64,000 bases of DNA from Schmidtea polychroa (GCA_044892525.1 CM097885.1:45510001-45574000), one strand, 5' to 3'. Numbered from the stretch's first letter, positions 1 through 18,646 are shown. Numbers and translations: made by a program. Notes: generated by a model from the sequence alone, not told the origin.

Positions 1-643
1 TAGTCTTATGCATGCAGATAATTGCTACTTTTATCTAACGCGCTATGTGTCACTGTACAGTGTACAGTGTACATGAAATACATACAGTGGTCACCTATTG
101 CATTTCACGACAGATTTAATCTGCACTGGTTAATAGGTGCTATGCGTCATCATGTGAAGAATGAGATTTTATTATAATTCAATATATTTCCTGTTAAATT
201 TCTTTTTGTCGACCTTTCCTATCGCCCATCGTCAATCTCAATCTCATATCGCCCACTAGTGGCTATATTTTATTAGGCTTCTAGAAGCTAATTATAGAAG
301 CTGTATAAAAAAATTTAAAAATTTTTAGTTTGTGTCATTTTGAAATCTTTTATTAAAAAAATTCATTATATTTACAACCAATGAGAATTAAGAGAAAGGA
401 AATAAAAGAAAGATTGAAAGGTATTTTGTGGAAGAACATTGCTAAATTCCAGGAGATTGACAAGGACTATGTTATAGTCGATAATCTTTTCATTAAATAC
501 ATTATTTGCAGCAAAAGGCTTAAATTATCATTTTATATTTCTAAGGTACTTGTTACATTTATATTAGTGTTGATTTTATTTTCATAATTAAAAGAAATAC
601 AACTAAAATGTTTTATTTTAGAGCAAAATCATTTTATTTAAAT

Positions 644-1384
644 TTAATAATCTACATATTCATTTCTTTGATTATTTGCCGTCATAATAATAATAATAAT
701 GCTGGCCAGCACAATACAAATGAACTGCAGAACGATATAAACCAAAGATAAATAAAAGAAAATTCTTCTAATAGGTCCATAATAGATCCATATGTTATCC
801 AAACAAATATCTTGTCTTATTGCAGTCTCGTAATTCTCATTAAATTTATTTAATCCAGAACTGGAAAAATTTCCACAATTTTTGGAAGGTTCTTTACAAC
901 AATAATCTGGCAGTTGTATTGCTTTTACCAAGTAATTAGAAAAACAACATTCCATTTTCGGTTTCTCGTAATTTGGCAATGTATAATGACCCTTAATCAT
1001 AACTGCTAGGCGATCTCTTATTGTTAAAATCGTTTTCATTACGTCAAATTGTGTATTATTTGATAGTAATTTTTCAATATCAACTGCTCCATAAAAGACA
1101 AATGTCATGACGGAGGCCTCAATTATTAGAACTGCACTTTGTAAAATAATAAATGAAAGGAGCATACATTTGTTTTCAAACATTGCTCCGAAAAATCCAA
1201 GGGAGGCTATCCCAACAACACCAGTGCCCAAACCAATGAGCAATTTGTTAGCAACGTTGATGAAGGAATTTTCCACAACATCATTCACTTGAATATATGT
1301 AAGGTAAATTACTTCCGAAATCCCTATGACAATAAATAATCCGTTGATGATAAACAATAAAAAGAGAGGATTGCAAAGAATCAT
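644..1384 (-). CDS. Tetraspanin-family protein (intronless, 246 aa)
   Basis: Three N-terminal hydrophobic segments (GFFGAMFENKCML at the TM2-TM3 loop), a large extracellular loop with CC (MECCF) and PxxCC (LPDYCC) plus further Cys, and a fourth TM near the C-terminus. The canonical CCG is altered to CCF. Confidence 0.85.
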   Translation of the reverse strand: MILCNPLFLLFIINGLFIVIGISEVIYLTYIQVNDVVENSFINVANKLLIGLGTGVVGIASLGFFGAMFENKCMLLSFIILQSAVLIIEASVMTFVFYGAVDIEKLLSNNTQFDVMKTILTIRDRLAVMIKGHYTLPNYEKPKMECCFSNYLVKAIQLPDYCCKEPSKNCGNFSSSGLNKFNENYETAIRQDICLDNIWIYYGPIRRIFFYLSLVYIVLQFICIVLASIIIIIMTANNQRNEYVDY

Positions 1385-1555
1385 TTACATTAATTTATGA
1401 AAAATTCAATAAATGATGTTTTGTAAATCAATCTCAATCTTTTCTTTATTTTACCTTAAATATGTTAGAGTTAAGTAAAATTGATTTGGAGGCACAGAAT
1501 CGTGTGAAAGGCATTTTTATCAAACGAGACTTGAAAAACAGACTTATTCCGGAAT

Positions 1556-1924
1556 CAGTGGCGTACCAAGGATTTCTGGGGCCCTTGTGCAGATTTTGGG
1601 AGTCCCAAATAGTAAATATATAGTAAATATAGTAAATATCAACAAAACTCTATGACCTCTGCCATGATGTCGTTATACCGCCAACGTCAAGTAAAGCAAA
1701 TAATTTAATAGATGAATGGGTGTTACATATGTGGTTTACAACTATATCCAATATAGATTCCTAATAATATTAAATGTATAAACCGTCCAAACTGTGGTTG
1801 CTGTCTTAATAAAAACAAAACAAACGCCAAAGCGATGCTTGGTTTGATGACAATCGGGGAATTTATAATGCTCGAACGTATAAAATTTCCTGCACAACCT
1901 GCACAACCTATTGCTACGCCACTG
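1556..1924. mobile_element. Non-autonomous hAT-type MITE
   Basis: TIRs CAGTGGCGTA...TACGCCACTG. Perfect 8-bp TSD TCCGGAAT at 1548-1555 and 1925-1932. Confidence 0.85.
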
Positions 1925-4289
1925 TCCGGAATGTCGGTCAAGAGGTGATCGTACCGATGCCATGAAACTGATGCCGGTTTCCCCGAGTCAATCAAGGTTT
2001 TAGTCAAAATCATAATTGACACGATCCTCTGCCGATAAGTATCGCCACTGATTATTTAGATTGATTAAGTGATTTTTATTGTCTTTATTAATATACCACT
2101 TCAAAATATACTTTGTTTTTTTCTTTTATGGATATTGTTGTTGTGGATGAGTGAATGGCAAGTATTTTAATGTGATAGCATAGTCTCGGTGGAGCCCATG
2201 AACATAAATTGGACTGGCCACAGAGATCAAATATACTGAAAGGTGACGACCGTCATATTATACCTTGATATATAATTTAGAAAATAGTGTTGACTAGGCC
2301 TCACATAGAAGTGGTCCTTGCAGACTTACAGAACCAAAACTGACGACGCTGGCGACAACTCTAAAACGTGTAGAAACACGTTGCAAGCTAGGTAAAGAGA
2401 ACGAATCCGGAGAAGGTCAAGAAAGAAGGGTGAGACGAATGTCACAGTTGTTGGAATTTGGAGAAGCTGAATCTACCGAAGACAATAAAATAACTAATAA
2501 TAAAAGTCCCGTATTTTTAGTTGAAGCAATAAAAATAGAATTAGATAAAATAAGAAACTGTAATGAAATTGAACACAAGTCTTCTACAAAATTCCATTGA
2601 TCCATTTGAATGTCTGTTAATTACAGTTCACAGAGATCAATCACATTTTACGGAGATTCACCCATCTATTGCATTACCAACGTTGAATACTCAACGGGTA
2701 TCATACTTGTATTCTGGATTACGCTGGGTTACGAAACAACATATAGAGAGAGATATAAGGTTCATTACCTGTAACCCACCATATTGATTTTTCCATTTTT
2801 ACATATTTAATTAGTTTTTAATTCATTTTTACTAATTGTTATATTTACATTTTTCAAACTTTTTTTCCGAATCGAACGCGAAATTTAGGTGCGCACTATC
2901 CAGGGGAGCGCACTATATTCGCTAAAATACGGTTATTCTATGCACTCATAATCGCAATAGTATTAATTAATCTTTCGTTTTCAGTATTGAAAATTTATGA
3001 TCTGACATTCAGCTGGAAACTTTTGATTTGCAGTTGAAGAGGTGTATCGGCAGAAGTGAAAAAGTAGAATTTTCTTTTGAATTCTTTGTGGAAAGCTATT
3101 TGAAATTGACTTAGAATGGGTTTTATGATTAGAGTTGATATCTTGGTAAATGAGCTTTTCAACGATAAACTTCATTAAATCAAGGTTCATCGAAATTGAA
3201 ATAGTTACTTTAGCGATCGAAGCCATACTTTAACAGAGTTCTGATGAAAATGAACTGTTATTATTACATTTTGTCTAATGTTTGATGACTGTTGTGCTAT
3301 ATATATTATTTTGAATGCTGCTTCGAATTACGAAAGTTGGGTAACCTTGATGTATGGCTAAGTAAATACATTCATGATGAAAATGTGGGAAGGAAATGGA
3401 AATGACAGACATATATACATTATGAAAATTCTAGCACATCACAATTCATTGTCAAAACTGTCAGTAAATTTGTCAAGTAAACCTTCGTTTTTGAGTGCCC
3501 CTCTTGTGATTAGCTATAACATTATGATTACCTATAACATATAAAAGTTATAATTTTTTTATCGAGTTTATAAAAACTTACCTAACTCGGGGTGGTAGAC
3601 ATCATTCGATATATCTCAATCAAATTTTATTTAAATCAAAATGAATTGAGAATTTCCAGAAAGACATTATAGTTTGAGTGAGAATATGATTAATTTAATT
3701 ATTTATTGGCTTAGTAATTATTTATTGGCTTTGTAATTGAAACAAACGCATGCGGACTTATACGGGCGATGCACATATAACCTCATTAAATATATATTTT
3801 ATTATATAAAAAATAGCCGTAAATTATTGAACTTATTAAAAAAATGAATGTTTTACTAAATCCCATCCATATTTTATTATTTTTTATAATAATATCACTT
3901 TTGTCTGTATAGATTCAACTTCTCTATCCCAACAACTGGACTATAGTGTAATCCCATTGGATTTGTTTTGGAGTTTGGCTTTACGCTCCTTCCTTTTATG
4001 ATTTTATTCTCGTCACTTTTTATTACTCTACTTAATCTAAAAGTAATATAATATAAAAAGACCTTCGCAAAATACTGGGGTCAATTATTAAAATTCTATG
4101 TATAGAAAGAATAAATAAAAAATACGTTGACTTACACAAAAACTTTATTTTCATTTATTTTTTAAAAAAATTTTAAAATGAACACTTTCAAAGATATTTA
4201 GTGCTTCAACTGTCTATATGATTCTTTTGAACATTACAGATTTATTATTTTAAAATTGTTCAAAGGATTTTTGTAGCATTTTAAACGTC

Positions 4290-5213
4290 TGTTGGGTTAT
4301 TGGGTTGGTGACAATATTTATAAAGTTAAAATTCTTACTCTGACTCCAAGCGTGTCTTTGACTGATCCACAAATAACACTTGACAACAGAAATCTTTATT
4401 GATAATCACAAATAATTTTCACTTTACACTGACAATCAATTCAGCACTCTGCTCGGTGACTATACAATGCATATTGCAATACTCAGTGAGGAATAACACT
4501 CGTGTACAACACCGGATTGAAAGATCACTAACTACTGATTGGTTTATCGACTGGAACTTTGAGTTGGTTGTTTTCTTTGACCTTCTTCGACAACTTTATT
4601 CAAATATTCAAATAACTTCTTTTCGTTTATTTATCAACTAATACTTTTCTACAAGTCCTCTCCAACAATTATTCTTCACAGTTATTTTCATTATATTATT
4701 CTTCACGAATCGTTCTCCAATAACTATTCGTCTGATTTTGTCTAATTTGTTGTCTCAATTTTTTGTCAATTTCTTGGTCAACGGTTTCTCTTTATATAGC
4801 TTGTTTTATTTGTGACACTAGAGATAATCAAACGTTTGCCACTTTTCTTTCTCCCACATTTCCCGCTTGTTCCCATTTTATCTCTGACAGATGTCGAGAT
4901 ATGTTTTACTTTTTCCTTTTTTGTTAGGCCGACTTCTCTCGGCAATTCTGATATCGCTGACAAGCTGTCAAGATATTCCTTTTTCCTCTTGTTCTGTTTT
5001 TGGAATTTGAAATTTCTTTTCTCTTCTGTACTTATTAATTAACAATGACCTTTGTTTTAATTTCTTGTTTGTTTTCTTTTATTTGATTTATCTTTTTCAT
5101 TTTTCATTTCTTTTTCTTCCAAGTTCCTATAGATCGTCCCGTTGGTCATAACGATCTTCCCCCAGGTAATTTACTTATTTATTATACTATTTGCTATTTA
5201 AATATCCTCAACA
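4290..5213 (-). mobile_element. Solo LTR (~920 bp) of an LTR retrotransposon
   Basis: TGTTG...CAACA ends and a 4-bp direct repeat CGTC at 4286-4289 and 5214-5217. Segment 4290-4975 is a diverged reverse-complement homolog of the LTR at 60240-63825, which is followed by a tRNA primer-binding site. Confidence 0.7.
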
Positions 5214-6588
5214 CGTCTGAAATTATTTGTAAAGCCGTGCACAAAAGGTTGAAAAATTTCTAGTAAAAATAAGTCTAAAAATATTTTATGTTACACTAAA
5301 TACTCGATCTTAGCTAGTAAAACGAAAAAAAAGTCAAACGCGTTTACGCACCTTTTGTATAGTTGATGTAATAATTATACACTGCTACGTTTTTCGCTTT
5401 AAAATATATTCAAAAAGTACAATTCTTTCTCACTATTTATATGTAAACCATCCCGATACCTTGTTCAGAAGATTGATAAAAATTGGGAGAAATAAAAATT
5501 TAAGAAATCTAGTAAGGTTCTGGCTGAAATTTGAAGAAATCGTAGCCGTAATTTCATAATATATTTAAAATTGTTCTAAAAAATAATTTCGATATAAAAT
5601 GAAAAACGAATGAACAAATTATTGATATGAAAGACTTCCACAAAGTCGTTAAAATGTTTCAATTAAGGATATAAAATATACATGTCACATCCAAATAGTT
5701 ATTTTATGAAAACAATTTGTAGGTAAATAGCCTAATAATATCTATTTATGTTTAAACACTATATGCAAATAATGTCTGACGGAACGTGATTGGCAAATGT
5801 AGGTACATTTTATCTTATAAAGTAAAATTCAATACGTACTAGGAGTATGATTATTTTAATCATCAGTAAAGTCTAACATATACATCTTAAAGCAAACAGG
5901 AAGTAAAAACAAATAGAAGAAACAAACTTATACAAATGATTTATCTTAGGAAAAAAATTTCTAGAAAATTTACTGTTTGTAGGAATTATCATTGTTAAAC
6001 GTAGAAAAGGAATTAAAATGAACTGAATAAATTATTAAAATTCAAAAAGAGCAATTTGCAAATGATAATTTTGTTCAACTTTTAGCTGTTCTACATGTCA
6101 CAAATAAAATTTCCATTTTCTTGTATAGTGCATTGTGTTTAATCGAATTCACTCAATTATTTATCATTATAATTTCACTTTCAAAATCTCGTTCTCTCGA
6201 ACTTCCATGACCTATCAACAAACCATTTAGCCTAAATACGCAATCGAGCATGAATCTGTCTCTTATTTTTCAAAAGTTGTATTAATTAACCATTACTAAC
6301 CTTTATTTTTAAAACACACCTTTGTTTTATTCACCTATTGATTGTCATTTTATATTTCTTTTATTTTAGTTTAATGTTTGTTTACCATTTATATTTTCTT
6401 GCTATCCCTCAATCTTTTTAATTTGTTGAATTAATTAAAATTTTATTTTTAAATCATCATCAACATATGCGATAAGTTTTAATAAAATATCTGATTTTAA
6501 GCCAACTCGAATCAAATTTATCCTTATCAATTATAACACCCTATAAATTCTTTTCATCTTATGATCCCATATAAATTTTTATAACAAT

Positions 6589-7347
<759 letters not shown>

Positions 7348-7645
7348 CGAGTCTATCCGACAAGATATTCAGTCCCCCCTATGGGTACTGCTCACAAAGG
7401 TAACAAAGGTACTGCTAAAAATATTCAAGACAAAACTTTAACAAAGATATTATACTTTAAATGTACACTAAAATTTTATTAACACACTGGGTAAAGGTCA
7501 CAAAGGTAACTAATGTACTGTTAAAAATATTCAAAACTTTAACATATTATTATTACACACAATGTATAAAAGATTTTTCACAAAGTTACTGTTAAAAATA
7601 TTCAAGACAATAAGATCTATACATTTATTAAATAATTTAACCACA

Positions 7646-9160
7646 TCATCGAAAATAATCATGTTCAAAATAATTATCATCTGCTGGATCATGGAAATCA
7701 TCTGTATCATCTGCTGAGATAGCTTCCGTTGAATCTATAAATATATCGGTGTCACCGCCCCTATTATGTCCATATGCCAAACTTTGATTTTTATCCACCC
7801 AATTTCGCTTATCATCTCTACATGTCAAGGCTCTTTTATTATTTTTAATACTAAAAAGTTGGTGATTTTTTGACGTTATTCTAAACTGAGGGACTGTGTA
7901 TATTTTATCATTTAAATAACACTCTAGATACGACTGATGTGTTAGTCCAGTATCTTTCATACTTATCCCCTTAGCCTTCATACTTTCCTCATCAACCATC
8001 AAACTGTAACATTTAGGTCTCAAGAACACCCGATCTTTATATAATAACCCTTTATTCTCGTCTTTGAATTTACCAATGACAGAATCAAGGTTCCTACTAT
8101 ATAAAGGATGATTTGGGTCATAATTCGAAGTATCTAATAATTGATCTCTAATCATCGCAGGTAAAAGAATGTCAAGACTACAATGTTTAATTTCCAAGAA
8201 GAAGGAATCTGTGTCCCCAGCAACGATATTAATTTCGCAGTTGAATTCGTCGCGATATTTTTGCAACTCTTCATACTGCAGCTGGTACATCCTGAGTTTG
8301 GATAAATCTAGTACAGTTTGACCAATGTAACTAGGTCTATTCAAACACACTATGTCCTTCCTCAATAAAACCGAAATCAAGTCATCATCGATTTTCGTGG
8401 ATTTACGAAAAGTCGGTTTCGAACAGAATGTTAATAATCTCTGTGAAGAATTACACAGACGTAAATTAATACGTTTTTTAAGATTTTCAACAGTCTTGCC
8501 GTAAAGACTGTTGTTTAATAATTTATAAAAATTTTTATCGAGTTTATTTGTCGACGCTGCTCGTAACGCCGTATTTGTGTTAATATAATTTTTGAAAATT
8601 TTATCTTGTTTAAATTAAATTGCTCTATGTGTTTTTGATATTTTAACACCTAATTTAATAAATATTTGTAGAAGCCTCCAATGAAGAACGTAGTTCCTCT
8701 TGGGGCTGTGTGTAAGCAACAGCTTCTCTATTTTCGAACCCGGTACACACATCCTTTCAGCGGCAACGGGAAGATCGTCCAGTTTGTCGTGAATTGACGT
8801 CGGTATTTCTAAATCCACTTCTATGGTATAACCATAATCAAGCAGATCTAAATCTACCGTTGTGCATTCAACAATTATATTATTTAATAAATTATCATCA
8901 GTAACCCATTCAAAGTCACTGCAAGGTAATGGTTGACTTAAAGCCCAACCGTATAAATTATTTATATCTATGTAAAGCAAAGCGGTATCCGGGTCTGTTT
9001 TTACATAATGTTTATTTACAAAAGTTAGTCCGCCACGGATACCGCCCTCGAAAAAGTTATACATCTCCATATCGGTGAGGAGCTCAATTGGAGAGTTTAA
9101 AGTTAATAAGGCTGAATTCCAAGACATACCTGGAATCCCTAAGAAATTTAATGGCTCTAG
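7646..9160 (-). pseudogene. Protein-primed family B DNA polymerase (pPolB), C-terminal part, one in-frame stop
   Basis: ORFs 8615-9310 and 7646-8380 are one frame interrupted only by TAA at 8615-8617. Motif A is YIDINNLYG. Motif B, KLLNNSLYGKT, was read manually at ~8490-8525. Motif C is AGDTDS. Also present: IRGG, GKFKDE, LRPKCY, KAKG and DDKR. The terminal-protein and exonuclease half is missing. Confidence 0.93.
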
Positions 9161-9310
9161 TCGGTTATGAGCCAATTCGGAACTCTTTTGTTTAATTTTG
9201 CCACTCCACCGAAACCGGCTTCGTCTTCGGGGTTCGTCCAAATCTTCTCCATTACAACAAGAAGATTTAATATTAAATTTAATGTCTGGTAATGAAGGAT
9301 TAGCACCCAT
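9161..9310 (-). pseudogene. 5' remnant of a small putatively N-myristoylated Polinton protein, fused in frame to truncated PolB
   Basis: Starts MGANPS (MGxxxS motif), followed by CC and a basic RRRSRFR stretch. It is not PolB-like until LEPLNFLGIPGMSW. The ATG lies 3 bp after the stop of the upstream gene. Confidence 0.55.
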
Positions 9311-9313
9311 TGT

Positions 9314-9807
9314 TTATGATTGACTTCCTATTATTCCACCTAATAATGATATTGCTAAAGGTATCAATGCACCGATAAATCCCCCTTGTTGTTTATATAT
9401 AATTTTTCTCATTTGTTGACGATTTTTATTATTTACTAATGATAGCAAAGGTTTCCTATGTTTACTCAATAATTGCTTTTTAGATTTACTGATTTTAATC
9501 TTGCCTTTGACTACTTTAAGTATAATATCGAGTAAATCATCGACAACATAATTTGGAAAAGATTGCAAAATACTGTTTCTTTTCATACTGGGGCCTTTAA
9601 CAATGTATTGAAAAACGGGAAACTCCGATGATTTTTAACAAGTTTTACTTTCTTAGTGGTTTTACTTTTAGGTTTAGGTTTAGGATTTTTCGAAATAAGA
9701 TTCATTGCAGGAAAATTTTCTGTAATAAGTTCTTTAGATGGAGTATAACTAGTTGTTGGTGGAACTTTTGGTTGTTTTTTACTCGATATCCTTGTTTTTG
9801 AAAACAT
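9314..9807 (-). pseudogene. Basic Polinton virion protein ending in QxGGF plus an amphipathic helix (protein VI/X-like), probably frameshifted
   Basis: Lys-rich, with C-terminus KQQGGFIGALIPLAISLLGG, resembling a protease-site-like GG followed by a membrane-active helix. ORFs 9583-9807 and 9314-9586 would join if one C were added to the GGCCCC run near 9590. Adjacent to the ATPase gene. Confidence 0.65.
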
Positions 9808-9820
9808 GATTTATGTGTTT

Positions 9821-10459
9821 TCAAATTTGTTTTGAACTTTGTTTATAAACCATGGCACCTTTTGGGTTGAAAATATCTGTTTTTACCCGTATATCGTCAG
9901 GACATTGTTGTGTGAAATCTAGAAATATATACCCATGAGGTATTTTCGTAGCATCTTGAAATGCATTGATAAGAAAATTACGGTTATTAGGGTATGCTTG
10001 TCGTCCAAGAAAATCAATGACAGTTGCATCTCTAGGATTCTTGAAAATAACTAAATATGGTACATTTAAATTACGTGTTCGATGTGCACCACCTTGATGA
10101 AATAGATTTTGTGTTATGAAAATAACTGTTACACCAACATGTCTGCTGATTTTTGTGAATAAATTATTAAAATCCTTTTCTTTATTGGCTTCTTGATACA
10201 AATCATCGATAATGATGACATCATCTTTCTTCAAACGACTTGACCAGTTTTTATCAAAACCCTTTACTATTTTCATGTTTTTCAATTGACAGAAACTTGA
10301 TTGCGTCAATCCATGTTCTTCATCGGCGCCCCTATGCCAATAAATATTGTTGAATTTTGTTTTGAACAAATTAGATTTTAGTAATTTACAAACAAATAAT
10401 GTTTTTCCACTACCACTCGGACCAACGATTTGGTATACTGCATCATTTCGTAATTCCAT
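9821..10459 (-). CDS. A32/FtsK-HerA-like DNA packaging ATPase
   Basis: Walker A GPSGSGKT, Walker B IIIDDL, SRH (arginine-finger region), FITQNLF, FKNPRD and PHGYIFLD motifs. 212 aa and intact. Confidence 0.93.
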   Translation of the reverse strand: MELRNDAVYQIVGPSGSGKTLFVCKLLKSNLFKTKFNNIYWHRGADEEHGLTQSSFCQLKNMKIVKGFDKNWSSRLKKDDVIIIDDLYQEANKEKDFNNLFTKISRHVGVTVIFITQNLFHQGGAHRTRNLNVPYLVIFKNPRDATVIDFLGRQAYPNNRNFLINAFQDATKIPHGYIFLDFTQQCPDDIRVKTDIFNPKGAMVYKQSSKQI

Positions 10460-10565
10460 TTTTTAAATTTAAACTATATAATTATTGTTTATATTGATAA
10501 TTTAAATGAACTCCTTTTTAAAATAACTATATATATAACAGAGTTTTTATAATTATTTCATTAAA

Positions 10566-11030
10566 ATGCTTTCAAATATAAATTACAGGGCAAAAGCTGA
10601 TGTATCAAAAATGGTATTTCCAATGGGGAAACCACAACAACTTATCAATAGAAGTAAAAAATATCTAATAATATATTTCAAAACTGGTAAATGTAGAATT
10701 ATGGGGTGTAAGGAAATAATCAAAGCTAGTGAATATAATGTTTATGATTTAGAAATACAATCGATAACCGTAACTTCCGATATAGGTTTTTCTTGTAATT
10801 TAAATGAATTGGCTAAATTAATACCATGTGTTTACGAACCAGAATTATTTCCAGCTTTGAGATATATAAAATATAACCCTATGTGTGTAAATATATTCGC
10901 TAGCGGTAAGATAGTAATTCTTGGAATAAAAAATATTGATTACAAATGTATAGTTGATAATATCATATCTGAAATTAAATCAATAATTGAAGGAAATGAA
11001 TTTTTAGATTTTTTATTATCACTTAATTAA
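10566..11030 (+). CDS. Divergent TATA-binding protein (TBP) homolog carried by the Polinton
   Basis: The C-terminal TBP repeat is clear: EIQSITVTSDIGF..L..L, YEPELFPALRY, NIFASGKIVILG. A shortened N-terminal repeat retains IIYFKTGKCRIMGCK. Intronless, 154 aa, no N-terminal extension, and located inside the element. Confidence 0.88.
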   Translation: MLSNINYRAKADVSKMVFPMGKPQQLINRSKKYLIIYFKTGKCRIMGCKEIIKASEYNVYDLEIQSITVTSDIGFSCNLNELAKLIPCVYEPELFPALRYIKYNPMCVNIFASGKIVILGIKNIDYKCIVDNIISEIKSIIEGNEFLDFLLSLN

Positions 11031-11151
11031 TTATTTATCATTGCAAATTCAATGCAATTGAAATGCATGATTCTGATTGGTCGAAATCTAATTGGCTGAT
11101 GATTATTTATAACAAAATGTTTTCGGTTTAGTTGTCATTTATTCAACAAAA

Positions 11152-11561
11152 ATGTACAACATACAAAGTTCCGCAATCACCTCAATGAAAGAGCATGCAA
11201 ATTATGGTAATTTCAAATTTTTATTATTACATTAATATATATATTTCTTACAGATGAGTATCAATCAATTATCCTGCAAAGATTATGCTTCTATTATCCA
11301 GAATTAAATGAAATTCTACAAGATAGAGATCCAGCTATCATTCCGGATTTGGTGTAAAACCAAACACGAATCTGGATATTCGATATAATAAACACATTTC
11401 TATGGGATGTCAAGATAGGAAGGGTGATGAAAGAAATGAAACCAGAGGCTCCTAGCATTTTCGGATGTAGCTGCTGCAATTTCCGTTATCAACAATATGT
11501 TGAATGGTGTTTGGTGAAGACTCTGAGAAATCACCACTCGAGTCAGATTGTATCAAAATAA
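11152..11561 (+). pseudogene. Two-exon Polinton accessory gene of unknown function (one in-frame stop)
   Basis: Exon 11152-11206, GT-AG intron 11207-11253, exon 11254-11561. The spliced frame reads MYNIQSS...YDEYQSIILQRLCFYYPEL...GCSCCNFRY...VSK*, with one TAA near 11357. CCAAT boxes lie upstream. Confidence 0.55.
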
Positions 11562-11808
11562 ATTTTTATGTTGAATTGTTTTGTTTTTTGTAAATATAAA
11601 TAATAGAAATAGAAATAATAATAGTAATAATAGTAATAATATTAGAAATAGAAATAATAAAAACAATATTTATAATAAAAAACATTAATGCAACATTAAT
11701 GCAAATAACATGCAATTTAAAAAAAGACATGCAGCAATCTGATTGGATGATAAACAATAGTCATAGGTATAAAAACCCTGTACCATTTCATTTTAATCAT
11801 AATTCACG

Positions 11809-12228
11809 ATGACAAAGAAAATTTCAAGCACTGAAAAACCAAAAGTTGTTCCAGAACTTGTACAACCTGTTCAAATGTTCCACAACTATAAAATGTATTT
11901 TTTAAAAGAAGAAATCAATATGAAATTGGTGTCACCGATCAAGCTAATTCCTACCAAATTTCAATTTTTATCTGGCACGCTTTCAATGATAGATGTTAAA
12001 TCTATTGATGAGGTTTTCAAACGGTTGAATACGAATCTATCTTGTAATCAACATGCCTGGTTCAACAACAGATATGCAAGATTTTATGATGCTTTTGATG
12101 AAATCAGCTTCAAAGAAAACGAAAATTGGTATATAACAATTGCAATCCAAGGATATAAAGTTGATAATAATGATGTATATTCTCCAATTTGGAAAATTAT
12201 GTCTGCTAGACTTTCACAACTATTTTAA
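11809..12228 (+). CDS. Polinton accessory protein, 139 aa, unknown function (possibly OB-fold ssDNA-binding)
   Basis: Intact ORF preceded by ATTGG (~11742) and TATAAAA (~11768), and followed by AATAAA. The beta-strand and aromatic C-terminus (WYITIAIQGYK...YSPIWKI) is only suggestive of a viral SSB. Confidence 0.55.
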   Translation: MTKKISSTEKPKVVPELVQPVQMFHNYKMYFLKEEINMKLVSPIKLIPTKFQFLSGTLSMIDVKSIDEVFKRLNTNLSCNQHAWFNNRYARFYDAFDEISFKENENWYITIAIQGYKVDNNDVYSPIWKIMSARLSQLF

Positions 12229-12361
12229 TGTTATATTTAATAAATGCATTAGTCATATTTGTTTTTTCTCTTTATTAATTGCAATATTAATGCAAATGAC
12301 ATGCAAATTTAACAAAGAAAATCTATAAACAAACTTATAATATAGTTTTAAAGTGTTATCA

Positions 12362-12710
12362 ATGACTACAGAAAAAGGTTAACATGATTAATTAATTTCC
12401 AAATTATTTATTATTTAGAATTATTAATCAACTTTTTGTTGGCAAAATTAGCAGAAATATCTGGTGTAAAAATTGAGGATTATCTGTTTCAAATGCATTA
12501 AATATCGGCTGGGTAGTTGCGAGTCAAGATTCGAGATTTGATGATCAGGAAGAAACCGATACTCAAGAAATTGATGAGGAAATCTATGAACCTATAGATG
12601 AACCTATAGAGGAACCTAAAGATAATATTACGAATGATTGTATTGATCATGTCGTTGAAAATATAATGAAATGTGGAGATGATGATTGCGAATGTGTTAA
12701 TAAATTTTAA
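12362..12710 (+). pseudogene. Degenerate, probably spliced acidic accessory gene
   Basis: ATG at 12362 and a short GT-AG intron-like segment to ~12418. An acidic frame follows (DDQEETDTQEIDEEIYEPIDEPIEEP...CGDDDCECVNKF*) but needs a frameshift to join. Confidence 0.35.
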
Positions 12711-12753
12711 AATTGAATTATTTGCATTTAAATATACTATTAAAAACAATAAC

Positions 12754-18639
<5,886 letters not shown>

Positions 18640-18646
18640 AATAACA

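Noticed and set aside
8381..8617. PolB as two separate genes, or with an intron or frameshift
   Set aside because: Manual translation shows one continuous frame containing motif B, broken only by a single TAA.
10566..11030. Calling this the host's canonical TBP gene
   Set aside because: It is too divergent and short in the first repeat, intronless, and enclosed by the element's TIRs and TSD. No gene symbol was assigned.
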